Position numbers and translations under genes: made by a program
Origin: Deltaproteobacteria bacterium
GTDB lineage: Bacteria; Myxococcota_A; Polyangia; Polyangiales; Houyiibacteriaceae
Length of the DNA: 51,978 bases
Assembly (NCBI GenBank): GCA_034670305.1
Contig: JAXMNT010000054.1
Span: forward strand, 1-51,978
Direction: 5' to 3'
Shown: positions 1-8,620 of the stretch, one piece after another
How positions within the stretch are numbered: position 1 is the stretch's first letter
Layout of the letters: every line of letters begins with the position of its first letter
The notes under the pieces: generated by a model
The model's database searches: none
Told to the model about the DNA's origin: nothing
What the model saw: only the letters and a program-made list of their open reading frames with translations

Positions 1-1
1 A

Positions 2-88
2 TCGAGGCCCGATATCGAACGGGCTCTCGCCCACCTCGAGCAGGTCGTCGCGATGCTCGTCGCGCTGATCAAGCGATCTGACCGCTGA
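2..88 (+). CDS. C-terminal fragment of a probable four-helix-bundle (IVP/bAvd-like) protein, truncated by the window edge
   Basis: Frame 2 reads SRPDIERALAHLEQVVAMLVALIKRSDR*, an amphipathic helix resembling the L..IVAML..L end of four-helix-bundle proteins. Only 28 codons are visible. Confidence 0.45.
   Translation, partial: SRPDIERALAHLEQVVAMLVALIKRSDR
12..75 (+). repeat. 64-bp exact direct repeat, copy 1 (copy 2 at 51915-51978)
   Basis: atatcgaacgggctctcgcccacctcgagcaggtcgtcgcgatgctcgtcgcgctgatcaagcg occurs at both ends of the window. Confidence 0.97.
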
Positions 89-91
89 TCC

Positions 92-142
92 GCGGGCAAG
101 GGCAAAGGCAAGGGCAGGGGCAAGGGCAGGGGCAAGGGGCAG
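92..142. repeat. GGGCAA/GGGCAG hexamer tract
   Basis: gcgggcaagggcaaaggcaagggcaggggcaagggcaggggcaaggggcagg; a related inverted tract lies at 51600-51635. Confidence 0.85.
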
Positions 143-147
143 GCTGC

Positions 148-184
148 GAGAACGCCCTGCGGGCGTTCTTCAGCAACCTGCTAG
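148..184. mobile_element. IS5-like terminal inverted repeat with an inner hairpin, abutting a CTAG target
   Basis: 166-180 TTCTTCAGCAACCTG (revcomp CAGGTTGCTGAAGAA) matches 51576-51590 CAGGTCGCTGAAAAG at 12/15 positions. It is followed by CTAG; hairpin GAGAACGCCC-tgc-GGGCGTTCTT at 148-170. Confidence 0.6.
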
Positions 185-537
185 GCGAACACGACACCGA
201 GGCTCAAGAGCCAGCGTTCCCCCGCCTCGATGCGGCTGACCGAGTGCGGCTCGAGGTCCGGCCGGAAGATCTTCAGGCGGGGCCAGTCGAGCAGGGGGTG
301 CGCGCACGAGAAGACGCCTCCGGCGTCGGCCGCGCGAAGCACGAGGTTCATCCGATAGTGTCGGCCCGCTGCGGGGTCCCGGTGCCGCGGGACGTGGGTG
401 CCGGTTCGAAACCGAAGCAGGTGCAGGTCGAACCCCACCCGGGGCAACCGGCCGGCCGCCAGCAAGAGTTTGTCGTAGCCGGTCCCTTGTCGGCCTTCTT
501 GCCAGCGAAGCCAGGGACCGAGTCCAGCCGGAGTCAT
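181..537 (-). CDS. small 2OG-Fe(II) oxygenase family protein
   Basis: C-terminal 118 aa of ORF 181..2565 (MTPAGLGPWLRWQEGRQGTGYDK...) with HxD (HRD), distal His (PHSV) and R-x-x-x-S. Confidence 0.7.
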   Translation of the reverse strand: MTPAGLGPWLRWQEGRQGTGYDKLLLAAGRLPRVGFDLHLLRFRTGTHVPRHRDPAAGRHYRMNLVLRAADAGGVFSCAHPLLDWPRLKIFRPDLEPHSVSRIEAGERWLLSLGVVFA

Positions 538-612
538 TGCGCCGCAGGGTAGCGCGGGGGGGCCAAAGCGCGCTGGTTCCCTGTTTGGGGGCGCGGTGCT
601 AAAGAGGCGGCC

Positions 613-2469
613 ATGACCAAGCCGCACACGCTCGTTCACTACGTCGAACACTGGGCTCAGAAGAAGCCCACCACGCCCGCGCTCCACACCAAACGCGGTG
701 GCCGCTGGCAGCAGCTGACGTGGGCGGAGTACTGGCGGAACGTGCGCGCCATCGCGAAGGCGATGATCAGCCTCGGGCACGAGGTCGGCGAGTCCGTGGT
801 CATCGCGGGCGCCAACCACCCCGAGTGGGTCCAGTTCCAGTTCGGTGCGCAGGCCGCGCGCGGGGTACCGGCGCCGATCTACGGCACGAGCACCGTCGAA
901 CAGACGGGCTACATCGTCAAGGACTCCGGCGCGCGCATCCTCTGCTGCGACACGAAGGAGCAACTCGACAAGTTCCTCGAAGGCGAGCGCCTCGGTTTGT
1001 TCGAACCAGCGCTGCGCTACTTCACGTTCACGAAGTTCGATGTCGACGATTCGGTCAAGGACCGGGTGGTCGCATTCGAAGACGTGATCGCCCTCGGAGA
1101 CGACGCCGCCAACGACGTCCACCTCGACGAGCGGCTCTCGAACCTGACCGACGACGAGACCTGCCTGATGATCTACACCTCCGGCACCACGGGCGTGCCG
1201 AAGGGGGTCGAGATCGACCATGGCGGACAGCTCTTCGTGGGCAACGCGTGCAAGAAGTTCGCGCCGCAGTTCTTCGACGGCAGCTCCGAGTACCACGCGA
1301 TCAGCTACCTGCCGCTCAGCCACCAGGCCGAGCAAATCATGACCAACGTGCTCTCCCTCATGGTGGGCGGACAGGTGTACTTCTGTCCGGCCATCGCCGA
1401 CGTGAAGGGGTACCTCACGGACGTGCGCCCCACCTGCTTCCTCGGCGTGCCGCGGGTGTGGGAGAAGTTCGAAGCCGCGCTCAGGGCGCGTCTCAGCGAA
1501 GCCACCGGCCCGAAGGCGAAACTCGCTGCGTGGTCGATGAAGACCGAGCTCGAGTGTTTTCACGAGCAGGTTCGGCGCGGCGTGCCGGAGTCGAAGTACA
1601 TGCCGGTCAAACGCCGCTTGGCGCGCTGGTTGGTCATCTCCAAGATCAAGACCGCGCTTGGACTCGACCGCCTCGAGAACGCGGTCACCGGGTCGGCGCC
1701 CATCAGTGAGACCACCCAGCTCTTCTTCGCGTCGCTCGGCATCTGCATCTTCGAGGCGTACGGCCTCACCGAGACAAGCGGCGTCGCCACCGTGACCGAC
1801 GCGCTCCGACCGCGCTTCGGCACGGTCGGCCGCCCGTTCGACGGGGTCGAGATCCGGATCGCAGAAGAAGACGAGATCCAGCTTCGCGGGCGCAACATGG
1901 TGAAGGCGTACCGAGGATTGCCGGAGCAGACGCAGGCGCTCTTCACGGAGGACGGCTGGCTCCGCACCGGCGACGCGGGATCGATCGACAAGGAGGGCAA
2001 CGTGAAGATCACGGGCCGCCTCAAGGAGTTGCTGATCACCGCGGGTGGCAAGAACGTCGCGCCGGTCGAGCTCGAGTTCTACCTCAAGACCATCCCCGGA
2101 ATCGGCCAGGCGGTGGTGGTCGGCGACCGCCAGCCGTACCTGTGCGCGCTGCTCGCGCTCGACCCCGAGAACCTCGAGGCGATCCAACAAGCGGCCGGGT
2201 CGTCCGAGTCCACGATGGCGGGACTCGCGGGCTGCCCGAAGGTTCGTAAGTTCGTGACGGGCGCGATCGAAACCGCCTGCAACGCCAAGGTCGCGCGCTA
2301 CCAGACCATCAAGAAGTTCGAGATCTTGCCCGAAGAGATGACGGTGGAAGGGGGCGAGCTCACCGCGAGTCTCAAGCTGCGCCGGCCCCAGATCCTCGAA
2401 AAACATGCCGCGCTCGTGACCAACATGTACGAGGATTCTGGCACGAAACCGGTTTCCACATCTCCCTGA
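613..2469 (+). CDS. long-chain fatty acid--CoA ligase (AMP-dependent synthetase)
   Basis: YTSGTTGVPKG P-loop, YLPLSH, YGLTE, GWLRTGDAG, ITGRLKELLITAGGKNVAP. Confidence 0.93.
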   Translation: MTKPHTLVHYVEHWAQKKPTTPALHTKRGGRWQQLTWAEYWRNVRAIAKAMISLGHEVGESVVIAGANHPEWVQFQFGAQAARGVPAPIYGTSTVEQTGYIVKDSGARILCCDTKEQLDKFLEGERLGLFEPALRYFTFTKFDVDDSVKDRVVAFEDVIALGDDAANDVHLDERLSNLTDDETCLMIYTSGTTGVPKGVEIDHGGQLFVGNACKKFAPQFFDGSSEYHAISYLPLSHQAEQIMTNVLSLMVGGQVYFCPAIADVKGYLTDVRPTCFLGVPRVWEKFEAALRARLSEATGPKAKLAAWSMKTELECFHEQVRRGVPESKYMPVKRRLARWLVISKIKTALGLDRLENAVTGSAPISETTQLFFASLGICIFEAYGLTETSGVATVTDALRPRFGTVGRPFDGVEIRIAEEDEIQLRGRNMVKAYRGLPEQTQALFTEDGWLRTGDAGSIDKEGNVKITGRLKELLITAGGKNVAPVELEFYLKTIPGIGQAVVVGDRQPYLCALLALDPENLEAIQQAAGSSESTMAGLAGCPKVRKFVTGAIETACNAKVARYQTIKKFEILPEEMTVEGGELTASLKLRRPQILEKHAALVTNMYEDSGTKPVSTSP

Positions 2470-2530
2470 CCGGTTCAAAGAAGGCGCCGAACTTGCGATC
2501 TTCCCCCGAGAACCGGGAAGATCACGCTGC

Positions 2531-4939
2531 ATGAGCGGCAAAGGCCAAAAAGAACCTTCGGACATGTTCTCGCTCCGTCGTCAGCAGACGGGGCCGACGA
2601 GCATTCCGCCGGTAGAGGAGGTGCTGACACCTCCGGCGGAACTGCGTCGTCAGCGCAACCGCCGCATCGCCCTCGTGGCGACGCTCTTGGTGCTGTTCTC
2701 GATCGCCGGCTACGCGGTGTGGCACTTCGTTCAGGAGCACTCGCTCGAGACCGCCGGGGTGGCGGCCGGCGAGACCGGACGCGTGGCGGCGATCGACGAG
2801 GCGCTTGCTGCGATCGGCGACAACGCACCCGGGCTGCGGGCCCGGCTCTTCGCGATGAGCGCGCTGGCCGGCGAGCGGCCGGTCGAAGAAGCCCGCGCGG
2901 CGATCTCCGATGTGCCGGACGACGAAGAAGAGGCCTCGGAACGGGTGAAGGCCGAGGTCTACGTGGCGCTTGCCGAGGGCAACGCAGACGTGGCGGTCGA
3001 GGCAGCATCACGCCTGATCCCGTTCGGTACCTACTCGGCCGAGACCGCCCACGCGAAATCGCTCGCGGCCACGGCCCATGGAGACTTCGCCACGGCGATC
3101 CGAGACGCCGAAGGCGCGGTGGCCACCCACCCGAGTTCGCCGCGCTACGCCGCGCAACTCGCGGTCGCCCGATCGCTGGCCGGCAACCCGGACGGCGCGC
3201 TCGAGGCCCTCGACCATCCATCGTCCGACGCGCCCGACATTGGTTCTGCGCGGGCGCGGGTGCTCGAATGGGATCGACGCGAGGGAGCGGACGCGCACGC
3301 GACCGAAGTGCTCGCCGACGAGACAGCCACCGTCGCAGAGAAGGGGTGGGCGCACTTGGCGCGTGCTGCGCTGGCCGCACGTTCGGGCGACCGGGAGGCG
3401 GCGCTCGAACACGCGACGGCGGCGGCTTCGTCGACGCCGCCCGGGGATCACTTCTTCCGCTGGTGGCTGGCCGAAGTTCGTTTGCTCGCGGGGGATGCGG
3501 AGGGCGCGGCCGCGCTCGCGGAAGGACCGCCCAGCGGAGATCCCGGTCAGTCCGGCCGGGTGCGCGCAGCGTTCGCGCTGGCACGCGGGGAGGCCCGCGA
3601 AGCCCTTGGTCATCTGGCACGGATTCCCGCCACGCCGGCCGCGTTTCTATTGGTGGGTCGTGCGCAGCAAGCGGCCGGCAACCTGGTCGAAGCGCGCGCG
3701 GCACTCGATTCCGCCGCGGCGCATCCGGGGTACGCCGCCGACGCGTACGCTGCCCGCGCCGAACTCGAGCTCGCCGAAGAAGACGACGGCCAGGCGGTGC
3801 AGTTCGCCCGGCAGAGTTTGGAGGCGCTTCCCAACCATCCCGCGCACGCCGCGGTCGCCGTCCGCGCGCTGCTTCAAACCGAAGCGGTCGACGAGGCGCT
3901 CGAGGTGGCCAATGGCGCACTCGCCGTGCGGCCGAGCGACGTGCGGGTGCTGGCCGCCAAGGCGGACGTTCTCCTCGCGCGCGACGAGATGCAACCAGCC
4001 CTCGAGGTGCTTCGACGTGCGGTCGAGGTGAGCCCCGGCGACGTTGAGTTGCAAGCCAAGCGCGCCTTGGCCGCGCACGCGGTGGGCGAAGCGGCGGAGG
4101 CGCGGGCCGCGTACGAAGCCGCGCTCGCGATCCGCGAGAACCACCCGACGGCGTTGCCGGGGCTGTTCCGCTTGGACGTGGAGGAGTCGAACATCGACCA
4201 CGCCACGCCGCTGCGCGCCCGCATCGTGGACGCGGATTTGATCGACGACGAGATTCGGGTGCTGTTCGCCCGCTACGCCGTGGCGCGTGGCACCGGCGCA
4301 TCGGGGACGACCGCGGTGATGCGGGACATGCGCCGCCGCGGCCTGCGCTCGAACGCGTACCTTCGGTTCGCCCTCGCGGAACTCTACGTGCAGGCGGAGT
4401 TCTATCGGCCAGCGCTCGGCATGTACGACCAGGCCGCGCGGCTTGGCTACGACCGGCTGCAGGCGCACATCGGCCGCGCGATGGCCCACGCGCTCGACGG
4501 CCGCACGAACCTCGCGAACCAGGCGATTCAAGAAGCGCTCGACGCCGGTCGACCGGAGGGCGCCGAAGCGGGCGCACCGTCGTCCGCGTCCGACGATCCG
4601 GGTTTGCTCGCCGCGCGCGCGCGTATGGAGATGAACCTCGGGCGGTTCGACAGCGCGGTGCGCTACGCCGAGCGGGCGCTCGCCGCGCGCGAGGGGCTCA
4701 CGTCCGCACACCTCGTGCTCGCGCAGGTGGAGATCCGGCGCCGCCGGGATCCAACCGCCCACCTGCGAGCCGCCATTGGCTATCCGAGCCCGCAGACGGA
4801 TGCGTTCGCGCTGCTTGCGCAGCGGACAGAAGACGCGGCCGAGAAGTGTGCGTTCGCGGAGCGCTACCTCGACATCGCCAGCCGTGGCGCGACGCACGTC
4901 GAGGCGATGCAGGCGATCCGGGAGACCTGCGCGGAGTAG
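2531..4939 (+). CDS. membrane-anchored tetratricopeptide repeat protein
   Basis: One N-terminal TM helix (IALVATLLVLFSIAGYAVW) followed by many Ala/Leu-rich TPR-like helical repeats. Confidence 0.75.
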   Translation: MSGKGQKEPSDMFSLRRQQTGPTSIPPVEEVLTPPAELRRQRNRRIALVATLLVLFSIAGYAVWHFVQEHSLETAGVAAGETGRVAAIDEALAAIGDNAPGLRARLFAMSALAGERPVEEARAAISDVPDDEEEASERVKAEVYVALAEGNADVAVEAASRLIPFGTYSAETAHAKSLAATAHGDFATAIRDAEGAVATHPSSPRYAAQLAVARSLAGNPDGALEALDHPSSDAPDIGSARARVLEWDRREGADAHATEVLADETATVAEKGWAHLARAALAARSGDREAALEHATAAASSTPPGDHFFRWWLAEVRLLAGDAEGAAALAEGPPSGDPGQSGRVRAAFALARGEAREALGHLARIPATPAAFLLVGRAQQAAGNLVEARAALDSAAAHPGYAADAYAARAELELAEEDDGQAVQFARQSLEALPNHPAHAAVAVRALLQTEAVDEALEVANGALAVRPSDVRVLAAKADVLLARDEMQPALEVLRRAVEVSPGDVELQAKRALAAHAVGEAAEARAAYEAALAIRENHPTALPGLFRLDVEESNIDHATPLRARIVDADLIDDEIRVLFARYAVARGTGASGTTAVMRDMRRRGLRSNAYLRFALAELYVQAEFYRPALGMYDQAARLGYDRLQAHIGRAMAHALDGRTNLANQAIQEALDAGRPEGAEAGAPSSASDDPGLLAARARMEMNLGRFDSAVRYAERALAAREGLTSAHLVLAQVEIRRRRDPTAHLRAAIGYPSPQTDAFALLAQRTEDAAEKCAFAERYLDIASRGATHVEAMQAIRETCAE

Positions 4940-4967
4940 CCGTCATGCCGGCTGATTGACGGTGCGA

Positions 4968-5083
4968 CCCGTTCCCGAACCGACGCCGATCCCGATCCCG
5001 ATCCCGAAGCCGAAGCCGAAGCCGAAGCCGAAGCCGATCCCGATCCCGAAGCCGACGCCGACGCCAAGCCGACGCCGAAGCCG
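4968..5083. repeat. (C/G)CCGA(A/T/C) hexamer tandem tract between convergent genes
   Basis: About 19 units such as cccgat cccgaa gccgaa gccgac. Confidence 0.92.
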
Positions 5084-5172
5084 GTCCTTCATCTTCTTGC
5101 GCTGGGCCCCTTCTCGTAGCGGGCGGGCTGGCCCGATGGATGGTCCAGCGTAGCGGTCGGCGGGACGGCGCC

Positions 5173-5235
5173 TCAAGGAGGCCTTCGGCCCGGCGCCTTC
5201 GCGCCGCTTCGCGCGCTTCGCTTGCTCGTCCTTGA
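5173..5235. repeat. multi-hairpin palindromic (REP-like) element
   Basis: Outer TCAAGGA...TCCTTGA inverted repeat enclosing short hairpins with TTC loops (GAA on the minus strand): ggcc-ttc-ggcc, ggcgc-cttc-gcgcc, cgc-ttc-gcg, gc-ttc-gc. Confidence 0.6.
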
Positions 5236-5361
5236 CCCGCCACCCCGCCCTCAGCCGGGCTTAGCGAGATGAGCGGAGCGCCTTTCGAGGTGCTCCGCTC
5301 GATTGCTCTGCCGGCGCCAGCATCGCGCCCTCAGCCCAGAAGCCGTCGCCGACGCTACACG

Positions 5362-5943
5362 CTAGAGCAGGCGGGAGGCGGCGCGTTCTACGTTCTTGAC
5401 GACCCCGGGGATGTCGGTGGCGCCGCCGGCCCAGCCGACGAGGGATGCGAACCAGACGTCGAGCAGGATGCGGGCGACCTCGCGGGTCTCGCTGTCGGCG
5501 TCTCCGCCCCAGCGGCGGTGCTGGGTGGGCGGGTGTCCGTCGAGCGCGGCGACGAGCATGATCGTGACCAGCGCGTGCAGACTCGCGACGCGGGTGCTCA
5601 TGCCTTCGCCCGACGCGATGGCGCGCAGCATGGCTTTGGCGAGTTTCGGTCGGCGGCAGAAGCCGCGGGTCGCGAGGTCGAAGAACCAGACCGCGCGTTC
5701 GAGCGGTACTTCGCCGGGCGGGGCGACGGTCATCTGGGCGAGCATGCGCTCGCCTTCGCGCTGCATCGCGACGACGAGGATCTCCTCTTTGCTCGCGAAC
5801 CGCTTGTAGACCGTGCCGAGCGCGACCTTGGCCTGGGCCGCCACGTCTCGCAGCCGGACCGCTGCGAATCCGTCGCGCGCGGCCAACTCGATGGCGGTCT
5901 CCACGATTCGTTTCGAGCGGTCGTCCACGCGGCTGACTAGCAC
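5362..5943 (-). CDS. TetR family transcriptional regulator, KstR-like
   Basis: HTH GFAAVRLRDVAAQAKVALGTVYKRFASKEEIL. The VALGT recognition helix and the C-terminal PKLAKAMLRA...ARILLDVWFASLVGWAGG resemble KstR. GTG start at 5943 is inferred. Confidence 0.8.
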   Translation of the reverse strand: MLVSRVDDRSKRIVETAIELAARDGFAAVRLRDVAAQAKVALGTVYKRFASKEEILVVAMQREGERMLAQMTVAPPGEVPLERAVWFFDLATRGFCRRPKLAKAMLRAIASGEGMSTRVASLHALVTIMLVAALDGHPPTQHRRWGGDADSETREVARILLDVWFASLVGWAGGATDIPGVVKNVERAASRLL

Positions 5944-5978
5944 GGATTGTCTGGCGGCCGACGGGTGGCTTGGCGAAC

Positions 5979-6034
5979 ACGGCTCGCGCCCTGGAAGCGA
6001 CGGCTCACCCCTGGCTGAAGACGGTTCACGGCTC
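5979..6034. promoter_or_regulatory. ACGG(C/T)TC heptamers with 21-bp period in the divergent TetR/FadL intergenic region
   Basis: acggctc at 5979, acggctc at 6000, acggttc at 6021, plus acggctc at 6028. Confidence 0.45.
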
Positions 6035-7594
6035 ATGGGCGTAGGGTCAGGGCGCACGAGATACGCTCCGACCGTGCGGTACCAGCGATCGGCGGAGGCC
6101 TCGAGCTCCCGCATCGGGTTTTCCCTCCCAGGGTTGGCCGCGATCGCCCTCTTGGCGCTCGGAGCCGCCTCCCCAGCCCGGGCCAACCCCGAGCCGCCGG
6201 CCACGTACGACGCCCGGATCACCGGGATGGCTGGCGCTGCGGCGGCCGTGACCGAGAACGCGACCGGGCTCTTTCACAACCCTGCGCAACTCGATCAGAT
6301 CGAGCGGTTCTCGGCCACGGTCGTGGCGACCTCGTTGCTGGTGAACCTCAGGGCGCCGTTCGCCGGCCCAGGCACCGAGCGGGACAGCGGGCTCATCTAC
6401 GCGCCGCTCGTTTTTCTCGGCGGGGTCGGCCGGGTCCACGAGCGCGTGACGGTCGGCCTGGGCGCCTACGTCTACACCGGGTTCGGCGGCGGCTTCCGCA
6501 ACGTCGACTGCCTGGGCAACGGTGACCCGAGTGTGTGCACGGACGCGGACTACCAGATCGATCCGGCGGCGGACCAAGACGTGACGCTCTTCGTGGCGGA
6601 GCTCTCGGTGCCGGTGCAGGTCAGCATCATCCCGGACAAACTCTCCATCGGCCTGTCGTTGCGCATTCCCTGGGCCCGTCAGGACGTCACCGCGCACCAG
6701 GACACCCCGTCGATGTGTGGCCTCGGACCCTGTGCCGAGGACGACCCCGCGCGCGCCGAGCCGAACATCCAGCAGGCCGCGCAGACCATGAACGGGTTCG
6801 GGATCCCCGGGATCCTCTTCGGGATCTCCGCCCGCCCGATCGACGGGCTGACCCTCGCGCTCGTCTACCGCTCGAAGGTGTGGATCGACATGGCGGGCGA
6901 GACGACCCTGCCCGGCGCGCTCGGCAGCCTTGTCGGCGCGATCCCGACCACGACCCGCTGGTACGTGCCGCACATGCTGCGCTTCGGTGTGGCGCACACG
7001 TCTTGGAACGACCGGTTCACGGTGGCGTTCGACTTCCGCTACCAGTTTCACCGCGAAGCGAACAAGGACCAGGTCTTCACCCTCGACCCGCCCGCCCGCT
7101 TCGCTTCGCTCGTGCCGAATCCGACCGTCGCGGAGTTCAAGTGGAAGGACGCGTTCACGGGCATCTTGGGAGCCGAACTCTGGGTCGCCCCGCGGGTGCC
7201 GATCCGCGTCGGCTTCTCGATGGGCCGGTCTGCCTCGAACCCCGACACCATGACCCCATTCAGTCCGCCGCCCGGATTGCAGATGGCCGCCTACGCCGGC
7301 TTCGGCGTCCGCGCCGGTCCGCTCGACGTCGATCTCGCGTTCGGGTGGGGCGGCGGCCCCTCGTACACGATCGAGGACAACGCGCCCGGCTGCGTCGACG
7401 CCGACGATCGGCCCGACATGGCGGGCGGCAGCGGTCTGACCGCGCAGGGCGGCTGCGCCGGCACCTACGACGTGGACTCCTGGTTCCTCTCGCTCTCGGC
7501 GACGTACACCCTCGGGCGGGGAACTTCTCCGCAGCCCGAACCTGATCCTCGTCAGTCCAGTGCGCCCGCCGACTTGTCTCAGCCAACGGAATAG
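6035..7594 (+). CDS. FadL/OmpP1/TodX family outer-membrane transporter for hydrophobic compounds
   Basis: Signal peptide (LAAIALLALGAASPARA), then ARITGMAGAAAAVTENATGLFHNPAQL typical of the FadL hatch domain, then amphipathic beta strands. Start is uncertain. Confidence 0.8.
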   Translation: MGVGSGRTRYAPTVRYQRSAEASSSRIGFSLPGLAAIALLALGAASPARANPEPPATYDARITGMAGAAAAVTENATGLFHNPAQLDQIERFSATVVATSLLVNLRAPFAGPGTERDSGLIYAPLVFLGGVGRVHERVTVGLGAYVYTGFGGGFRNVDCLGNGDPSVCTDADYQIDPAADQDVTLFVAELSVPVQVSIIPDKLSIGLSLRIPWARQDVTAHQDTPSMCGLGPCAEDDPARAEPNIQQAAQTMNGFGIPGILFGISARPIDGLTLALVYRSKVWIDMAGETTLPGALGSLVGAIPTTTRWYVPHMLRFGVAHTSWNDRFTVAFDFRYQFHREANKDQVFTLDPPARFASLVPNPTVAEFKWKDAFTGILGAELWVAPRVPIRVGFSMGRSASNPDTMTPFSPPPGLQMAAYAGFGVRAGPLDVDLAFGWGGGPSYTIEDNAPGCVDADDRPDMAGGSGLTAQGGCAGTYDVDSWFLSLSATYTLGRGTSPQPEPDPRQSSAPADLSQPTE

Positions 7595-7605
7595 AACAGG
7601 TTCCA
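7592..7605. promoter_or_regulatory. KstR-type operator TAGAACAGGTTCCA
   Basis: Matches all 8 defined positions of the mycobacterial KstR motif TnnAACnnGTTnnA and ends 3 nt before the Rieske ATG. It overlaps a possible promoter TTGTCT(7574)-17 bp-CAGGTT(7597). Confidence 0.65.
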
Positions 7606-7608
7606 GCC

Positions 7609-8598
7609 ATGTCTCGTTACCCATTTCCCTCCTATCCCCGTGGATGGTTCGCGGCGGCGCTCTCCCACGAACTCGGCCCGGACGAGGTGCTGACCCGCAA
7701 GGTGTTCGGACAAGAGATCGTGCTCTTCCGCGGCTCGGATGGTTCGGCCAGCGTGCTCGATCCCCACTGCCCGCACCTCGGCGCACACCTCGGCGTCGGG
7801 GGCTGCGTGAAGGACGGCGCGCTCCAGTGTCCGTTCCACGGCATTCGGTTCAGCGGCACCGGCGACTGTGTCTCGATCCCAGGCGACGTGAAGATCCCGC
7901 CCGGCATGAAAGCGCGCGCTTGGGACGTGCGCGAGATCGATGGCGCGATTCTCGTCTGGTACGACCCGGCCGGACAGCCGCCCGCGTTCGACGCGCCGAG
8001 CTACTTCGAGAAGTACGGCGACGAAGGTTGGGAGCCGATGCAGTGGCACGTCTGGGAGAAACTCCGGGCCCATCCACAGGAGACCAGTGAGAACTCGGTC
8101 GACCTCGCGCACTTCTCGGTCGTGCACGGCTACTCGGATTTCCGCATCGTGGAACCGATCGACATCAGCGGCGACACCCTGCGCATCAGCTACACCATGA
8201 AACGCGACCTCGCCTCTGCCGGTATGCCGGGCCAGCTGGTCGAGTCGGTCTTCCACGTCCGGGTGCACGGGCTCGGCTACTCGGTGGTCGAAGTCGAGAC
8301 GCCGACCTTCAACACGAAGTTCCGCACCTACGTGCTCTGCACCCCCATCGACGAAGACCACGCCATCCTGCGCGGCGGCGGCACCATGTTGAGCCTGCCC
8401 GACCCGAACATGACCAAGATGGTCAACGAGATGTTCTTCAAGGGGTTCGTGCACGACGTCGAACAGGACTTCAACATCTGGGAGAACAAGGCGTACCTCG
8501 ACCGCCCCGTGCTCGCCGCAAACGACGGCCCCATCGGCCAGTACCGCAAGTGGTGCAAACGTTTCTACGCCGAGCCCCAGCAAGAAGCCGCCGAGTGA
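7609..8598 (+). CDS. Rieske 2Fe-2S oxygenase, Neverland/DAF-36 (sterol 7-desaturase) / KshA family
   Basis: YPRGWF, Rieske ligands CPHLGAH...CPFH, mononuclear Fe motif ENSVDLAHFSVVH, C-terminal DFNIWENKAYLDRPVL...DGPI...Y..W...FY. Confidence 0.88.
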   Translation: MSRYPFPSYPRGWFAAALSHELGPDEVLTRKVFGQEIVLFRGSDGSASVLDPHCPHLGAHLGVGGCVKDGALQCPFHGIRFSGTGDCVSIPGDVKIPPGMKARAWDVREIDGAILVWYDPAGQPPAFDAPSYFEKYGDEGWEPMQWHVWEKLRAHPQETSENSVDLAHFSVVHGYSDFRIVEPIDISGDTLRISYTMKRDLASAGMPGQLVESVFHVRVHGLGYSVVEVETPTFNTKFRTYVLCTPIDEDHAILRGGGTMLSLPDPNMTKMVNEMFFKGFVHDVEQDFNIWENKAYLDRPVLAANDGPIGQYRKWCKRFYAEPQQEAAE

Positions 8599-8620
8599 CG
8601 CACGCCGCAGACGCGGTTCG

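Noticed and set aside
2-88. Diversity-generating retroelement implied by an Avd-like fold
   Set aside because: No reverse transcriptase and no TR/VR pair with adenine-specific mismatches; the two copies are identical.
2444-2457. Second KstR box candidate CGAAACCGGTTTCC
   Set aside because: It has the AACnnGTT core but lacks the outer T and A, and lies inside the 3' end of the ligase gene.
538-2565. Long antisense and alternate-frame ORFs (upstream part of 181..2565, also 28140..31121, 32738..36136, 47652..50006 and others)
   Set aside because: These are shadow ORFs expected in high-GC DNA opposite well-supported genes. Only the C-terminal parts of 181..2565 and 32738..36136 appear to be real.
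4864-5176. Low-complexity ORFs (PKPKPK, GFGFGF, ASASAS; likewise 9424-9688)
   Set aside because: These are translations of the non-coding hexamer tracts, open in several frames.
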